Of a stretch of DNA of 59,728 bases, positions 14,411 to 23,209 are shown one piece after another. Location of the stretch: IMG/VR virus record IMGVR_UViG_3300012527_000002, positions 1 to 59,728 of that record; one strand, 5' to 3'. This DNA is from a virus. Lineage: Duplodnaviria > Caudoviricetes. The notes below the pieces were generated by a model. That model searched no databases and was not told where the DNA came from. It was given only the letters and a program-made list of their open reading frames with translations. Both the position numbers and the translations under genes were made by a program. Numbering within the stretch: the stretch's first letter is position 1; each line of letters opens with the position of its first letter.

Positions 14411-16333
14411 CTATACCAGCCGGGCGGACAATCCATCATCAAATTCCGCGCGCACGGTGGGCGGGGCTTCGATCTGCGCGACCGGCGCGCCCGCCACGGC
14501 CGCGGCGAGGCCGGGCTTCTCGAGACCGGCGAACGGCGCATTCATGACCAGGTTGGCCGTAATGTTGATCGTCCGGCCGAGTGCGCTCCACATATAGAGC
14601 GGCGTCATCGAGAGCGTCGGTGAGCCGGCGACATGCCCGTGGAATGCCGAATAGACCGCGATGAACGACTGCGAGGCGACCAGCGGCGACGACGCCGCGT
14701 GTCCGTGCGCTGCCAGCGCGGGGTAAATGCCCGACCGGCTGGCGATCGAGGGCGACGACGCGCTGTGCCCGTGCGCGGCCAAAGCTGGGTAGACCGGGCT
14801 GCGCGCAGCGAGCGAGGGCTGGCCGGACGTGACAGGGTGCGCGCTGTTGGCGGGCGATACCGGCGAGCGCGCCGATAGCGCCGGCGACGTGGCGCTCTGG
14901 CCGTGCGTTGTCGTTTCTGGCGCGAGCGCGAAGGTCACGGTTACGGTGGGGCTGGTAGACGTCACGCCATGCGCTGCACCAGCCGGGGAAATTGCGCCCG
15001 GCAGCGCCAAGGTAGGACTCTCGGCGGTGCTGGTATGGGCGGCGCTTGCCGGCGCGATCGGGCTGACGCTCGCGATCGTCGGCTCGCTGGCGGTTTGGCT
15101 GTGCTGCGCGCTGTCCGGCGCAAGGACGTTCGCGGTGGCGAGCGCCGGACTGGTCGCGGCTTGGCCGTGCGCGGCGTCGGCGGGCGCGACCGAGCTTCGC
15201 GCGGCGATCGAGGCGGTTCCGGCGACATGGGTATGCGCTGCGTCGGCCGGCAGGATCCCGCTCACCGCGCCGATGGTCGGCGAGGATGCCGCCTGTGTAT
15301 GGGCGGCGGACTCCGGCGAGATGACCGACTTCGACGCGATCGTGGGTTCGATCGACGTCGTAGTGTGAGCGGCGGTCGCCGGTGCTATGGTATTGGCAGT
15401 CGCGAGCGTCGGAACCGTCGCCGTGTGGCTGTGAGCCGACGACGCGGGAGCAATCGGACTGGTCGTCGCGAGCGAGGGCTGGCTGGCGGTCTGCGTATGC
15501 GCGGCCGCTGCCGGAGAAATCACGGCCGCAGGGTCGAATGACGTTATGGTCGGACTGGTGCTCGCAACCCCGTGCGAGCTCGACGCAGGGGCAACCGAAT
15601 TGTTGGTGGCAAGCGTCGGGATGCCGGCGGTTTGGGTATGGGCGCTCGAGGCCGGAGACACGCTGGCGGCCACGGCCTCGACGTCCCACGCCGTGAAGTC
15701 GGCGGTAAAGCTCTTGGAGTGGTATCCGCTGGCACCAGGGAATACTGTGACGCCGCCGGTCAAGGCACTGGTGTAAGGCCCCTCCCACGATCCGCCGTTG
15801 CGCTTGAATCGCACGTCGCCTGTGTCGAGGTTTATTTCGGCGTCGACGCTCGTGTAGCTGCCGAGTGTCGCGATAAGAGCGCCGTTGCGATAGACGCCGC
15901 CGTCGGAGGCAACGATGCCGATGCTCGGGACGATGCCGCCGACGAAATAACCAGCGAGGACGTAGGTCGGGAACGCGGCGTAATCGACAAAACCGAAGCT
16001 GACGTTGCCGCCGAATGCGCTGTCAGGGCCTACCGTGCCCGAGAATGAGTGGGTTCCGGTGGTGCGCGACTTGGTCGCAAGGACCGTGTCCCAAGTATAG
16101 CCGCCGTCGCTGGTGTTGATCGCCGTGAGATCGTTATTCGACAGGGCGATGTTCGCCGCTTTATCGACGGCGCTCCACGCAGTCCCGACAAGCAGGGGAG
16201 ACTGCCGCGCGCTCTTGGAAGTCGATAGGATAGTGGACTTGGCGGCGGCACCGCCTGTGTCTCGGTTTACCGTGGCACCTAAGGCTCGACCGAAGAATGT
16301 GCCTCCAATCACCCCGCTCCGAAGAACGGGCAC
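14411..16333 (-). CDS. Fibre protein: SPRY/lectin-like domain plus 16 His-containing ~22-aa repeats
   Basis: WSAVDKAANIALSNNDLTA SPRY-like start; repeats xxxPAxAAHxxxAxxPTLAxxx. Confidence 0.72.
   Translation of the reverse strand: MPVLRSGVIGGTFFGRALGATVNRDTGGAAAKSTILSTSKSARQSPLLVGTAWSAVDKAANIALSNNDLTAINTSDGGYTWDTVLATKSRTTGTHSFSGTVGPDSAFGGNVSFGFVDYAAFPTYVLAGYFVGGIVPSIGIVASDGGVYRNGALIATLGSYTSVDAEINLDTGDVRFKRNGGSWEGPYTSALTGGVTVFPGASGYHSKSFTADFTAWDVEAVAASVSPASSAHTQTAGIPTLATNNSVAPASSSHGVASTSPTITSFDPAAVISPAAAAHTQTASQPSLATTSPIAPASSAHSHTATVPTLATANTIAPATAAHTTTSIEPTIASKSVISPESAAHTQAASSPTIGAVSGILPADAAHTHVAGTASIAARSSVAPADAAHGQAATSPALATANVLAPDSAQHSQTASEPTIASVSPIAPASAAHTSTAESPTLALPGAISPAGAAHGVTSTSPTVTVTFALAPETTTHGQSATSPALSARSPVSPANSAHPVTSGQPSLAARSPVYPALAAHGHSASSPSIASRSGIYPALAAHGHAASSPLVASQSFIAVYSAFHGHVAGSPTLSMTPLYMWSALGRTINITANLVMNAPFAGLEKPGLAAAVAGAPVAQIEAPPTVRAEFDDGLSARLV
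14600..15664 (-). repeat. Degenerate tandem repeat, ~66-nt (22-aa) period, 16 units
   Basis: Invariant His and near-invariant Pro per unit in translation. Confidence 0.85.
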
Positions 16334-16789
16334 TTAGTCCTCCCAGACTACATAGCCGCCATGCGTCCCAAGTGTCGCGCCGGATGCGTTCAAGATCACG
16401 CCGCACAACCCCGCTCCCACAGGAATAATCAAGGGCCGGTTGGTGAAGTCGAAGATGACGCCGTTGCCGATTGTGTTGTTAATCGCCGAATCGCGGAAAG
16501 CCCCGCCCGTTACGGTGGGGCGCAGCGTGGCCCACGCCGTCTCCAACGCCGACGCCGCCGCACCGTCCGCTAGGTCCGCTTGCGCGACTGTCGAGTTGGT
16601 GATCGCCCCGGTGCCAACCGCATTCATGCGCTTCAGGCCGTAGCGGGGAGCGCTGGTCGAAGCCACCTGAATGAAGAACCCGGCTTCAAGCAGCCACGCC
16701 CGGTCGTCGGCCGCGGCCTTCAGGTTGAACACAACCTGATCGACCGTGTTGACGCCGCTAATTCCAAAGGTCGCCTGGTAGATCGCCAT
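16334..16789 (-). CDS. Small beta-rich virion fibre-associated protein
   Basis: TAATG coupling; Gly/Ala/Thr-rich. Confidence 0.6.
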   Translation of the reverse strand: MAIYQATFGISGVNTVDQVVFNLKAAADDRAWLLEAGFFIQVASTSAPRYGLKRMNAVGTGAITNSTVAQADLADGAAASALETAWATLRPTVTGGAFRDSAINNTIGNGVIFDFTNRPLIIPVGAGLCGVILNASGATLGTHGGYVVWED

Positions 16790-17154
16790 TAGCTTGGGTC
16801 GTAAACCTCGATCGCCCACGCGCCGCTGTCGAGCGTGCCGCCGGCGCTGATCGCCTGCGAGGGCGCCGGGGTGACGTAGCGAAGCGTGCTGTCGCCGGTC
16901 TTCAGGAGCGCCACGTGATTGACCGTGCCGGCCACGTCGACGGGGACGGCGGTCTTGGCCTGGATACCCCGCTTGCGGCCCGACGTGGTGCCGTCGGTGA
17001 TCGCGTCGTAGGTTGGAGCCGCGTCCGCCAGCGCGTAAGTCGCGTTGCCTTGGGCATAGGTAGTCGGCTCTGCCGAGCAGAAGGTCATCTTGTCGGCGTC
17101 GGTCCAGAAGTTGAGCGCGGCGTCGGCGCCACCATCGTTCATCCGTTTAGCCAT
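16789..17154 (-). CDS. Small virion fibre subunit
   Basis: CSAEPTTY..SGRK..GTVNHVAL..SQAISAGGT..WAIEVYDP pattern typical of small phage structural subunits. Confidence 0.65.
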   Translation of the reverse strand: MAKRMNDGGADAALNFWTDADKMTFCSAEPTTYAQGNATYALADAAPTYDAITDGTTSGRKRGIQAKTAVPVDVAGTVNHVALLKTGDSTLRYVTPAPSQAISAGGTLDSGAWAIEVYDPS

Positions 17155-17500
17155 TGGACGAGCCCTTCAATTCGGCCGCAATCTGCTCCTTGAATTGATC
17201 GAGGCCGTGGCCGCCAAAGACGAACGTCTTCACGCGCTCGATGTCGACGCCGAGTTCCGCGGCCGCGCGGTCGGGCATGACGAATTTGCCGCGGTCCTCG
17301 CCGACGCCCCAAACGGTCAGGGGATCGATGTCGAGCTCGCCAAGCGAGATCGTGACGTCGGCGTCGCCGGTGGCGCTATCGCCCCAGCCGCACGCCTTGA
17401 AATAGGGAGCGGCATCGGGATCTTCGAAGCCGTATGACACGCCGGGATGGAAATCGAGCGTGCCGTGCTTGACCCGCTGATTGAAGACGAAGGCTTTCAT
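17147..17500 (-). CDS. Hypothetical protein, first gene of the fibre module
   Basis: RBS AGGGAG; GCTATATG -10-like element upstream. Confidence 0.65.
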   Translation of the reverse strand: MKAFVFNQRVKHGTLDFHPGVSYGFEDPDAAPYFKACGWGDSATGDADVTISLGELDIDPLTVWGVGEDRGKFVMPDRAAAELGVDIERVKTFVFGGHGLDQFKEQIAAELKGSSNG

Positions 17501-17555
17501 GGCGGTCGGGCTCCCTGTTGCCTGCGCGGCATATAGCAGAGCACCAGCCGTGATA

Positions 17556-17825
17556 CTATAGCCGCGTGCGGGCGGTGATCGCGACCTTGGGAATGGTCAT
17601 CGCGTGGCAGATCTGGTGACTCCCACCGTCGGTCGCGCCGACGTTCTGCGCGATCAGGATTGCAGCGGCGTTTTCGCGAATGACCCAACCGACCGTCTTC
17701 AGCACGCCGACGACTGGTCTGGCCGGATCGATGTCTTCGACAAGCGTCCAGCCGGTGAAGGTCGCCTGGCTGTCTACCCACTCGACCAGTTCTAGGGTGC
17801 CATAATCGGGATCGGGGGATCGCAT
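17556..17825 (-). CDS. Small hypothetical phage protein (VEWVDS..GW..TVGW..IPK)
   Basis: RBS GGAG; recurring phage motif pattern. Confidence 0.7.
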   Translation of the reverse strand: MRSPDPDYGTLELVEWVDSQATFTGWTLVEDIDPARPVVGVLKTVGWVIRENAAAILIAQNVGATDGGSHQICHAMTIPKVAITARTRL

Positions 17826-17921
17826 GTCGAGATCTCCGGCGGCGGGGGGAGGTTGCCGAACCAATGAAGCGGACAGCCATGCGATCGCGAAGCGATCGCC
17901 CCTCCCCTTTGCGGGGTTATC

Positions 17922-18079
17922 TGGTCGACCGCCAGGAGTTGCACCTGGTCCACGGCCTCGGGGGACGACCATCCCAGGGCGGGCGGTCCGTTACCGGGTC
18001 CGCTTGCAAGGCCCCTTTCCTTATCCGCTTCTGCCGCTGACACGCTGGGGATCAAGCCAACATGCCTCGGCCTCGGCCG
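17922..18079 (-). ncRNA. Unclassified tRNA-like structured RNA (~158 nt, CCA end)
   Basis: CCAGG-TGCAACT-CCTGG T-arm, then CGGTCG-A-CCA; 5' CGGCCG can close an acceptor-like stem; several internal hairpins. Confidence 0.55.
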
Positions 18080-18085
18080 GTAATC

Positions 18086-18162
18086 TGGTTGCGCCGGCGG
18101 GATTTGAACCCGCGACCTCCTGGTTATGAGCCAGACGAGCTGCCGGACTGCTCTACGGCGCG
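18086..18162 (-). tRNA. tRNA-fMet (CAT), initiator type
   Basis: 77-nt cloverleaf, anticodon loop CTCATAA, C1xA72 mismatch, A11-U24, TTCAAAT T-loop, encoded CCA. Confidence 0.95.
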
Positions 18163-18169
18163 AACCAGA

Positions 18170-18198
18170 TGAATGCAGGCACTCGCGGCGGTTGTCAA
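18170..18198 (-). promoter_or_regulatory. Sigma70-type promoter for the tRNA transcript
   Basis: TTGACA-N17-CATTCA, 7 nt upstream of the tRNA. Confidence 0.7.
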
Positions 18199-18371
18199 CG
18201 CGCCTGCGGACCGAGCCGGCGGCGGATGTTCTGCATGACGGTGTTGCCCTGGCTGGTCGTCAGGCCCAGCCCGCGGGCCACCTTGGGCACGCTGCCGTCG
18301 CGGTTCCCCGCCGACAGATCGTGTTCGGCGAGAAGTTCGGCGAAGCGATCGATCAGCGGGGGAGATTTCAT
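18195..18371 (-). CDS. Small HTH-like protein
   Basis: SVPKVARGLGLTTSQGNTVMQNIRRRLG; ATGA coupling. Confidence 0.55.
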   Translation of the reverse strand: MKSPPLIDRFAELLAEHDLSAGNRDGSVPKVARGLGLTTSQGNTVMQNIRRRLGPQAR

Positions 18372-18679
18372 TCGGTCGGGCAGGCCGGATAGCCGAAATA
18401 GGTGCGAAGCCAGCACAGCATCCGGTCGCGCGTGCGCTCGGCTTCGTCGAAGTCGATCAGCAGTTGCCCGTTTTCGTCGTCGGACAGGCACCAGCCGGTC
18501 GACGACTCCACGCACGCTACCGAGCCGCGGGGGATGTTCGTCTGCGCGGGCGGCGTAACCCGGCTGACGTCAGGGCGCGGCGGGGTTGGGACGTCGGTTG
18601 TTTCGCAGGCCGTCGTGGACGCTACGAGAGACAGGGCCAACAGGCTTCGCAGCGCCGGCCGGATCAGAATGTGCCGCAT
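18368..18679 (-). CDS. o-spanin lipoprotein (Rz1-like)
   Basis: Signal peptide with TTAC lipobox-like site, Pro-rich, overlaps i-spanin. Confidence 0.7.
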   Translation of the reverse strand: MRHILIRPALRSLLALSLVASTTACETTDVPTPPRPDVSRVTPPAQTNIPRGSVACVESSTGWCLSDDENGQLLIDFDEAERTRDRMLCWLRTYFGYPACPTE

Positions 18680-18965
18680 TGGTTGCTTCCTCTTCCAGTT
18701 TATCCGTCGCCGCATCATCGCGCGCCTCGAGATCTTCGTCGGCGGCGTCCGCCTTGTTGGTCTGCTCGAGACCATGTTCGGCGTGCGCCGCGCGGGTCTC
18801 GAGATCATGCTTGTCGATGATCGAGCCTTTGAGCATCGACCAGCCGATCGCGATCAGGATCAGCACGACGACAATCGTAATTGCCCATCCGCCGATATTG
18901 GCGGCCGTCTGGCCGAGCCTGGTCCTCTTCAGGAGAGCGCCGGCGATGAGAGACACAGGGAACAT
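18570..18965 (-). CDS. i-spanin (Rz-like)
   Basis: N-terminal TM plus helical periplasmic part, directly after the endolysin. Confidence 0.7.
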   Translation of the reverse strand: MFPVSLIAGALLKRTRLGQTAANIGGWAITIVVVLILIAIGWSMLKGSIIDKHDLETRAAHAEHGLEQTNKADAADEDLEARDDAATDKLEEEATNAAHSDPAGAAKPVGPVSRSVHDGLRNNRRPNPAAP

Positions 18966-18976
18966 AACTTTTCCTT

Positions 18977-19783
18977 TCAGGCTTCGCGGCTGGACGATGC
19001 TTCGCCCGACGCGCCGACGATGATGCGGCGCGCACCCGGGGGGAGCGCCTGGTAATTCGGACGGCGGCAGGCGGTGACGCGCGACAGGGCGAACGGCGCG
19101 ATGGTCACAGCGTCGCCCTGGTTGCCGCCGAGCCCGAAGAAGCGCGCGCCGCCCTTCTCGATGCCGACGCACAAGGTGACGTGCCCGCCGCCCGCCCTGG
19201 TCATGACTATGACGTCGCCGACGGCAGCATGGGAAGGGGCGATGGGCGTGCCGAATTCCACCCACGCGAGCGCGGCCAGATACTTGTTCGGCGGCATGCG
19301 CGCGGGGCGGCCGTTGGCAGCGCGCACCGCACAGACGGCCATGAACAGGCCGCACCACGGGATCTTGTCATCGTTGTAGAAGTCGGCCGCCCACCGGTTG
19401 TAGGCGGTGCCGACGCATTGCGCGACTTCGTCCGCCCACGCGATGATGACGGGGTTGTCAGGCGCGCCGGGCTTCTCGAGCGTGCCGATCAGGTCGACCG
19501 CGACACGCACCATGAGCGGGGCGACAGGATCCTCGAGCAAGAACCGGAAGCGCTTCTCGAGCTTGTTCGGTCCGATGGGAGCCATGGCCGGCGGCGGCTT
19601 CGGGCCGAGTGTCAGCGGCGCGAGCCCATGCGCCTGCTCGAGTTCCGCCAGCGCGGCGTCGAGCCCGCGGGCCATGCTCGGCCCATAGTCATTGTCGAAC
19701 GCCATGGCTGGCGGATACCAAGCCGGGTCCAGCCGGCGAAGACGGCGCTGGATCATCTCGAAATCAGGGTGCGTCGCGGCCAT
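18977..19783 (-). CDS. Endolysin, NlpC/P60-like (TIGR02594 type)
   Basis: DDKIPWCGLF, GGGHVT, GGNQGDAV; N-terminal peptidoglycan-binding-like DNDYGP. Confidence 0.85.
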   Translation of the reverse strand: MAATHPDFEMIQRRLRRLDPAWYPPAMAFDNDYGPSMARGLDAALAELEQAHGLAPLTLGPKPPPAMAPIGPNKLEKRFRFLLEDPVAPLMVRVAVDLIGTLEKPGAPDNPVIIAWADEVAQCVGTAYNRWAADFYNDDKIPWCGLFMAVCAVRAANGRPARMPPNKYLAALAWVEFGTPIAPSHAAVGDVIVMTRAGGGHVTLCVGIEKGGARFFGLGGNQGDAVTIAPFALSRVTACRRPNYQALPPGARRIIVGASGEASSSREA

Positions 19784-19786
19784 GGG

Positions 19787-20209
19787 CTATTCCTGTGAGA
19801 GATCGATGATGTGGTCGACGTCGCCGTCCGGCGGCGGCGGGGCGCGGCGGGCGGGCGGGGCGGATGACGTTGGTTTCGGCGCGGGCGTGGCGCCCTCCGG
19901 ATCCTGGCCCCCCGTCGGCGCCGGCGCCTTGATCGCCTCCCAACTCTTGCCGGCGGTGTAGCCGAGCGCGGCCGCCGTAATCATCGCATAGGCGGCGTCG
20001 GGAATTCCCTGAAGGAAGGCAACCGCGTTCTTCGCCATGGCCGCGCCAGCCCGTTCGCTGAAGCCCGAGACGACGCCGATCGTGAACGCACCGAGCGCGG
20101 GAATTGCGATGAGCATGCTGGTGCCGAGCGGCCGCGTGATCGCGACAAACTGGTTCAACCACGGCGGCAGATCGCCTTTCGTGAGGTCGAAGTGGTCGAA
20201 CCAACTCAT
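19787..20209 (-). CDS. Holin-like protein (2 TM)
   Basis: TM segments, LGYTAGKSWE, adjacent to endolysin. Confidence 0.65.
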   Translation of the reverse strand: MSWFDHFDLTKGDLPPWLNQFVAITRPLGTSMLIAIPALGAFTIGVVSGFSERAGAAMAKNAVAFLQGIPDAAYAMITAAALGYTAGKSWEAIKAPAPTGGQDPEGATPAPKPTSSAPPARRAPPPPDGDVDHIIDLSQE

Positions 20210-20267
20210 GCCGTCATCCCCCGATGCAGCGGCGGCATAACCTATTTCGCCGCGAAGGGGAAATCCC

Positions 20268-20741
20268 TCACTCCGGCGGGACCGAAGGGGGAGAGGGCTG
20301 CTGATCCGGGTTATCGAGTTGCTTCCTCAACGCCCGCATCTCAATGTCCTTGGGCGCGGTCAGCGTCACCGTGTCTTCGCCGATCAGCTTGCGGCGAAGC
20401 ACGGCGAAGAAGGCGTCGCGGATCTCCGGCAGGGCGCGCAGGCCCGTCGCGCCGACGACGACGCCGACGGCCATGGCGGCCGGGACGCCCACGTTCAACC
20501 AGTCGACGAGCGCAACTGCCAGGACCGCGTTGGCGCCGCCGATGAGGGCTGATACCCCCAGGTCAGCGCGCACTTCGCTCCAGTTCTTGCCGTCGCCGCG
20601 CAGGGATCCCGCGCGCCACATCGCTCCAAGCGCCAGCCCGACGACGATCGCGCCAACCTGGATAATAACCTCGGAGTGAGCGACGAAGGAAGTTGACGCG
20701 AGGGGGAGAATGGCCGGCGCATACTTGGCCGCCGGCGTCAC
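20268..20741 (-). CDS. Holin-like protein (3 TM)
   Basis: Three hydrophobic helices, charged tail; GTGA coupling. Confidence 0.6.
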   Translation of the reverse strand: MTPAAKYAPAILPLASTSFVAHSEVIIQVGAIVVGLALGAMWRAGSLRGDGKNWSEVRADLGVSALIGGANAVLAVALVDWLNVGVPAAMAVGVVVGATGLRALPEIRDAFFAVLRRKLIGEDTVTLTAPKDIEMRALRKQLDNPDQQPSPPSVPPE

Positions 20742-21145
20742 GGCAAAGGGTCCAAGAGCGCGAAGAACGTGCCGGCGGCGCTCATCAACAGCGCCGCGCT
20801 GACTGTCAGCCATGGCCGCGGAGCGCGGGTGACGGCGCGGGACGTGAACGCGGCGGCGAGGCCGGCATAGAGAACCACGAGCGCGGCCTTCGCATCGATC
20901 GGTGCTTCTGCGCCAATCCAGTCGATGCGATTGAACAGGATGTAGCCACCGGCGCACGTTACCGCCGCCGACGCGATGAGCCACGAAAGGGCGTTGGCCC
21001 GCGGGCGGTGGGGCGGGCGTTCCGGATAGGACATCAGGATCGCGATCGAATCGATCCCAACCAGGACGCCGCTCGCGGCGGCAACCACCAGCATCGTGCG
21101 GCGCAGCGCGTCGAGAAAGGTTAGAACGTCAAGGCCGATGTCCAT
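20738..21145 (-). CDS. Membrane protein (4 TM)
   Basis: Four hydrophobic segments; RBS GAGG. Confidence 0.6.
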   Translation of the reverse strand: MDIGLDVLTFLDALRRTMLVVAAASGVLVGIDSIAILMSYPERPPHRPRANALSWLIASAAVTCAGGYILFNRIDWIGAEAPIDAKAALVVLYAGLAAAFTSRAVTRAPRPWLTVSAALLMSAAGTFFALLDPLP

Positions 21146-21192
21146 AAGCGCCTCTATCCCATAAGTTCGCCGCGCGAAACACTGTTCGAAGG

Positions 21193-22278
21193 CTAGACGA
21201 TGCTTTCGATGGTGAAGCCCCGCGAATACCGCGGGCTCGCCGGATTGTTCGTTTTGCCGCCGCGCAGCGCGCCGTAGAGAATCCGGTCGTGCAAGAACGC
21301 ATTCGCCTTCATGTTTGGCACGCACAGGACCGGTTCGGTCGCGCCGACGCGCCAGTCGAGATCGGCGTAATTCACTTCGTAATCCGCTTCGGTGAGGACC
21401 GACAGATCGAAGTCGACGCGGCGCAGGCGGGCGCCGATCGTGCGGACCGGGTTGCCGCCTCGGGTGCGTTCGAGGGTGCCGAGATCGATCCCGCTCTCGG
21501 TCTTGTCGACAGAGTGGTTCTTCGTGACCCGGTTCTGGCCGAAGACGGCGTGCTCGAGATGAAACTGGTCGGAGAAGTTGTCCGACGTGATCTCCACCCG
21601 CCAGTAGCGATGCTGCAACACCGCGCCCAGCCGCAACAGGGCGTGATAACCAGGGCGACCAGGAAGGTTGGCGGACGCGCGGAAGGTGGCCGGGCCGAAC
21701 GTGTAGTCGTCGCCGGCGACGGTCGAACCCGCCTTGACCGTGACCGTGGCGTCGGCGGCCGCGTTGCTCGCCAGAAGCGCGATCGTGTCGATGGGCGCGC
21801 CGCCGAGTTCGGCGATGAAGATGTGCACGTCGCTGGCCGCATTCTTCGACGTCCACGCCACCGGCCCGTCGAAGCCCAGGTTCTCGAGCGGGTAGCCGGC
21901 AAGCGTGTTGCCGTTGTCGGCCCACGACAGCACCGGCGCGGGAACCACGAGCATCGCCGGCTCGATCATGATGGAAGCTGGCGCGACGACGCGCGCCGGG
22001 CCGGCGGTGGTGCGCGCGGCAAGCACGTTCGACCAATCTTCCACCGCCCCGCTGGCGCGCCGGCTGCGCGCGCGGATGTAGTAGGTCGTCCCCGCGTTGA
22101 GGCCGGGGATGGTGAAGCCGGCGCGCGCGACGCCCGTCACCAGCGGCGCGACGCAGATATGGAAGTCGGCGCGGATCGAATACTGGACGTCGAGCGTCCC
22201 GTCGGCGGCAAGGTTGGCGGCCAACACCGCGGCGGACGAAGCCGTGACTGCGCCTGGTGAGAGCACGGGGGCAGGCAT
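21193..22278 (-). CDS. Tail tip protein with FN3-like N-terminal domain
   Basis: GLNAGTTYYIRARS..WS FN3 pattern; RYWRVEI; tail context. Confidence 0.7.
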   Translation of the reverse strand: MPAPVLSPGAVTASSAAVLAANLAADGTLDVQYSIRADFHICVAPLVTGVARAGFTIPGLNAGTTYYIRARSRRASGAVEDWSNVLAARTTAGPARVVAPASIMIEPAMLVVPAPVLSWADNGNTLAGYPLENLGFDGPVAWTSKNAASDVHIFIAELGGAPIDTIALLASNAAADATVTVKAGSTVAGDDYTFGPATFRASANLPGRPGYHALLRLGAVLQHRYWRVEITSDNFSDQFHLEHAVFGQNRVTKNHSVDKTESGIDLGTLERTRGGNPVRTIGARLRRVDFDLSVLTEADYEVNYADLDWRVGATEPVLCVPNMKANAFLHDRILYGALRGGKTNNPASPRYSRGFTIESIV

Positions 22279-22655
22279 TATTGAATGACCTCGATGCTGA
22301 AGCGGTCCTGCTCGGTTTCGAACGCGTAGGCGCGCGTGCGGACAACCACATCGAGGCCGCGCTTTTCATCGACGATGCGGAAGCAGGGCACCGTGGGAGC
22401 GATCGGTATCACCTGCCCCAGCCGCAGGCTTTCCTCGACCTCGATGCCTTCGTGCGCCGGGTTGATGAGCGATCGCAGGCCGAATTTCTCGGTCAACATC
22501 GTGAGGCCGTCGGCCTGGTTGACGAAGAACATCTCAATCGGGTCGCTGAATTCGTCGCTGGCCTCCGGGTGCGCCGCCTCGATCGCCGCGTCGACAACCG
22601 AAACGACGACGCCGTCGTTCGTGAAGCGGGCGATGTCGGCTGGATCAGCGCTCAT
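22278..22655 (-). CDS. Minor tail protein
   Basis: Position and translational coupling. Confidence 0.6.
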   Translation of the reverse strand: MSADPADIARFTNDGVVVSVVDAAIEAAHPEASDEFSDPIEMFFVNQADGLTMLTEKFGLRSLINPAHEGIEVEESLRLGQVIPIAPTVPCFRIVDEKRGLDVVVRTRAYAFETEQDRFSIEVIQ

Positions 22656-23209
22656 CCTTCACTCCAATCGATCGTCTCAAACTCGTTCCGGATCGCGGCC
22701 ACGCTCGGCGCAGCACGGATCTTTGCCTTGCCCGCAATCCCCGCGGCTTCGGCCTTTGCCGCGGCGGCTTCGGATGCGAGCATCGCGGTCCATACGCCGG
22801 CGGCGACTTGCGCGATAGTCTTGCCGGTAGCGACCGCTTCAGCCGCGAGCCACGGGTAGTCGGCGTCGACCGGGCTGGTGTCCGCAGCGAAGGTGGCTGC
22901 TTCGGTGCGCTTGCGCTCGTGCGCGCGGCGCGGTGAAAGCGCTTTCTCGGCCATGGTGCGCCGTTCGTCGACAGCGCGAAGCATGCGCTCGCGGAAGGGC
23001 TCGAGGCGCACCTGCCAGGCTGCACCGTCCCATTCCTCGATCTCGAGATCGCCGCGGCGGTCGACCTCCACCACTCGAGCGCGCGGCCAGTCATACGCCG
23101 CCGCCGCGCCGGGGCGGGGCGGGTCGCACGGATGCACCGTTGAGGCCACCTGGACCGGCGCGCCCGACACGGGGCGGTAGAGAAACCAGCGAGGCGCGGC
23201 TGATCCCAT
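22652..23209 (-). CDS. Tail fibre assembly chaperone-like protein
   Basis: YPWLAAEA..G...IDW pattern; downstream of the spike gene. Confidence 0.6.
   Translation of the reverse strand: MGSAAPRWFLYRPVSGAPVQVASTVHPCDPPRPGAAAAYDWPRARVVEVDRRGDLEIEEWDGAAWQVRLEPFRERMLRAVDERRTMAEKALSPRRAHERKRTEAATFAADTSPVDADYPWLAAEAVATGKTIAQVAAGVWTAMLASEAAAAKAEAAGIAGKAKIRAAPSVAAIRNEFETIDWSEG

Noticed and set aside
14600-15664. CRISPR array or DGR template/variable repeat
   Set aside because: Repeats are degenerate and conserved only at protein level; no cas or reverse transcriptase gene seen
17922-18079. tmRNA, cobalamin riboswitch or tRNA-Sec identity for the tRNA-like RNA
   Set aside because: No GGGG 5' end or tag frame, no B12-box elements, no UCA anticodon arm
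18086-18162. tRNA as an attP integration site
   Set aside because: Full-length gene with its own promoter, no duplicated 3' fragment and no integrase
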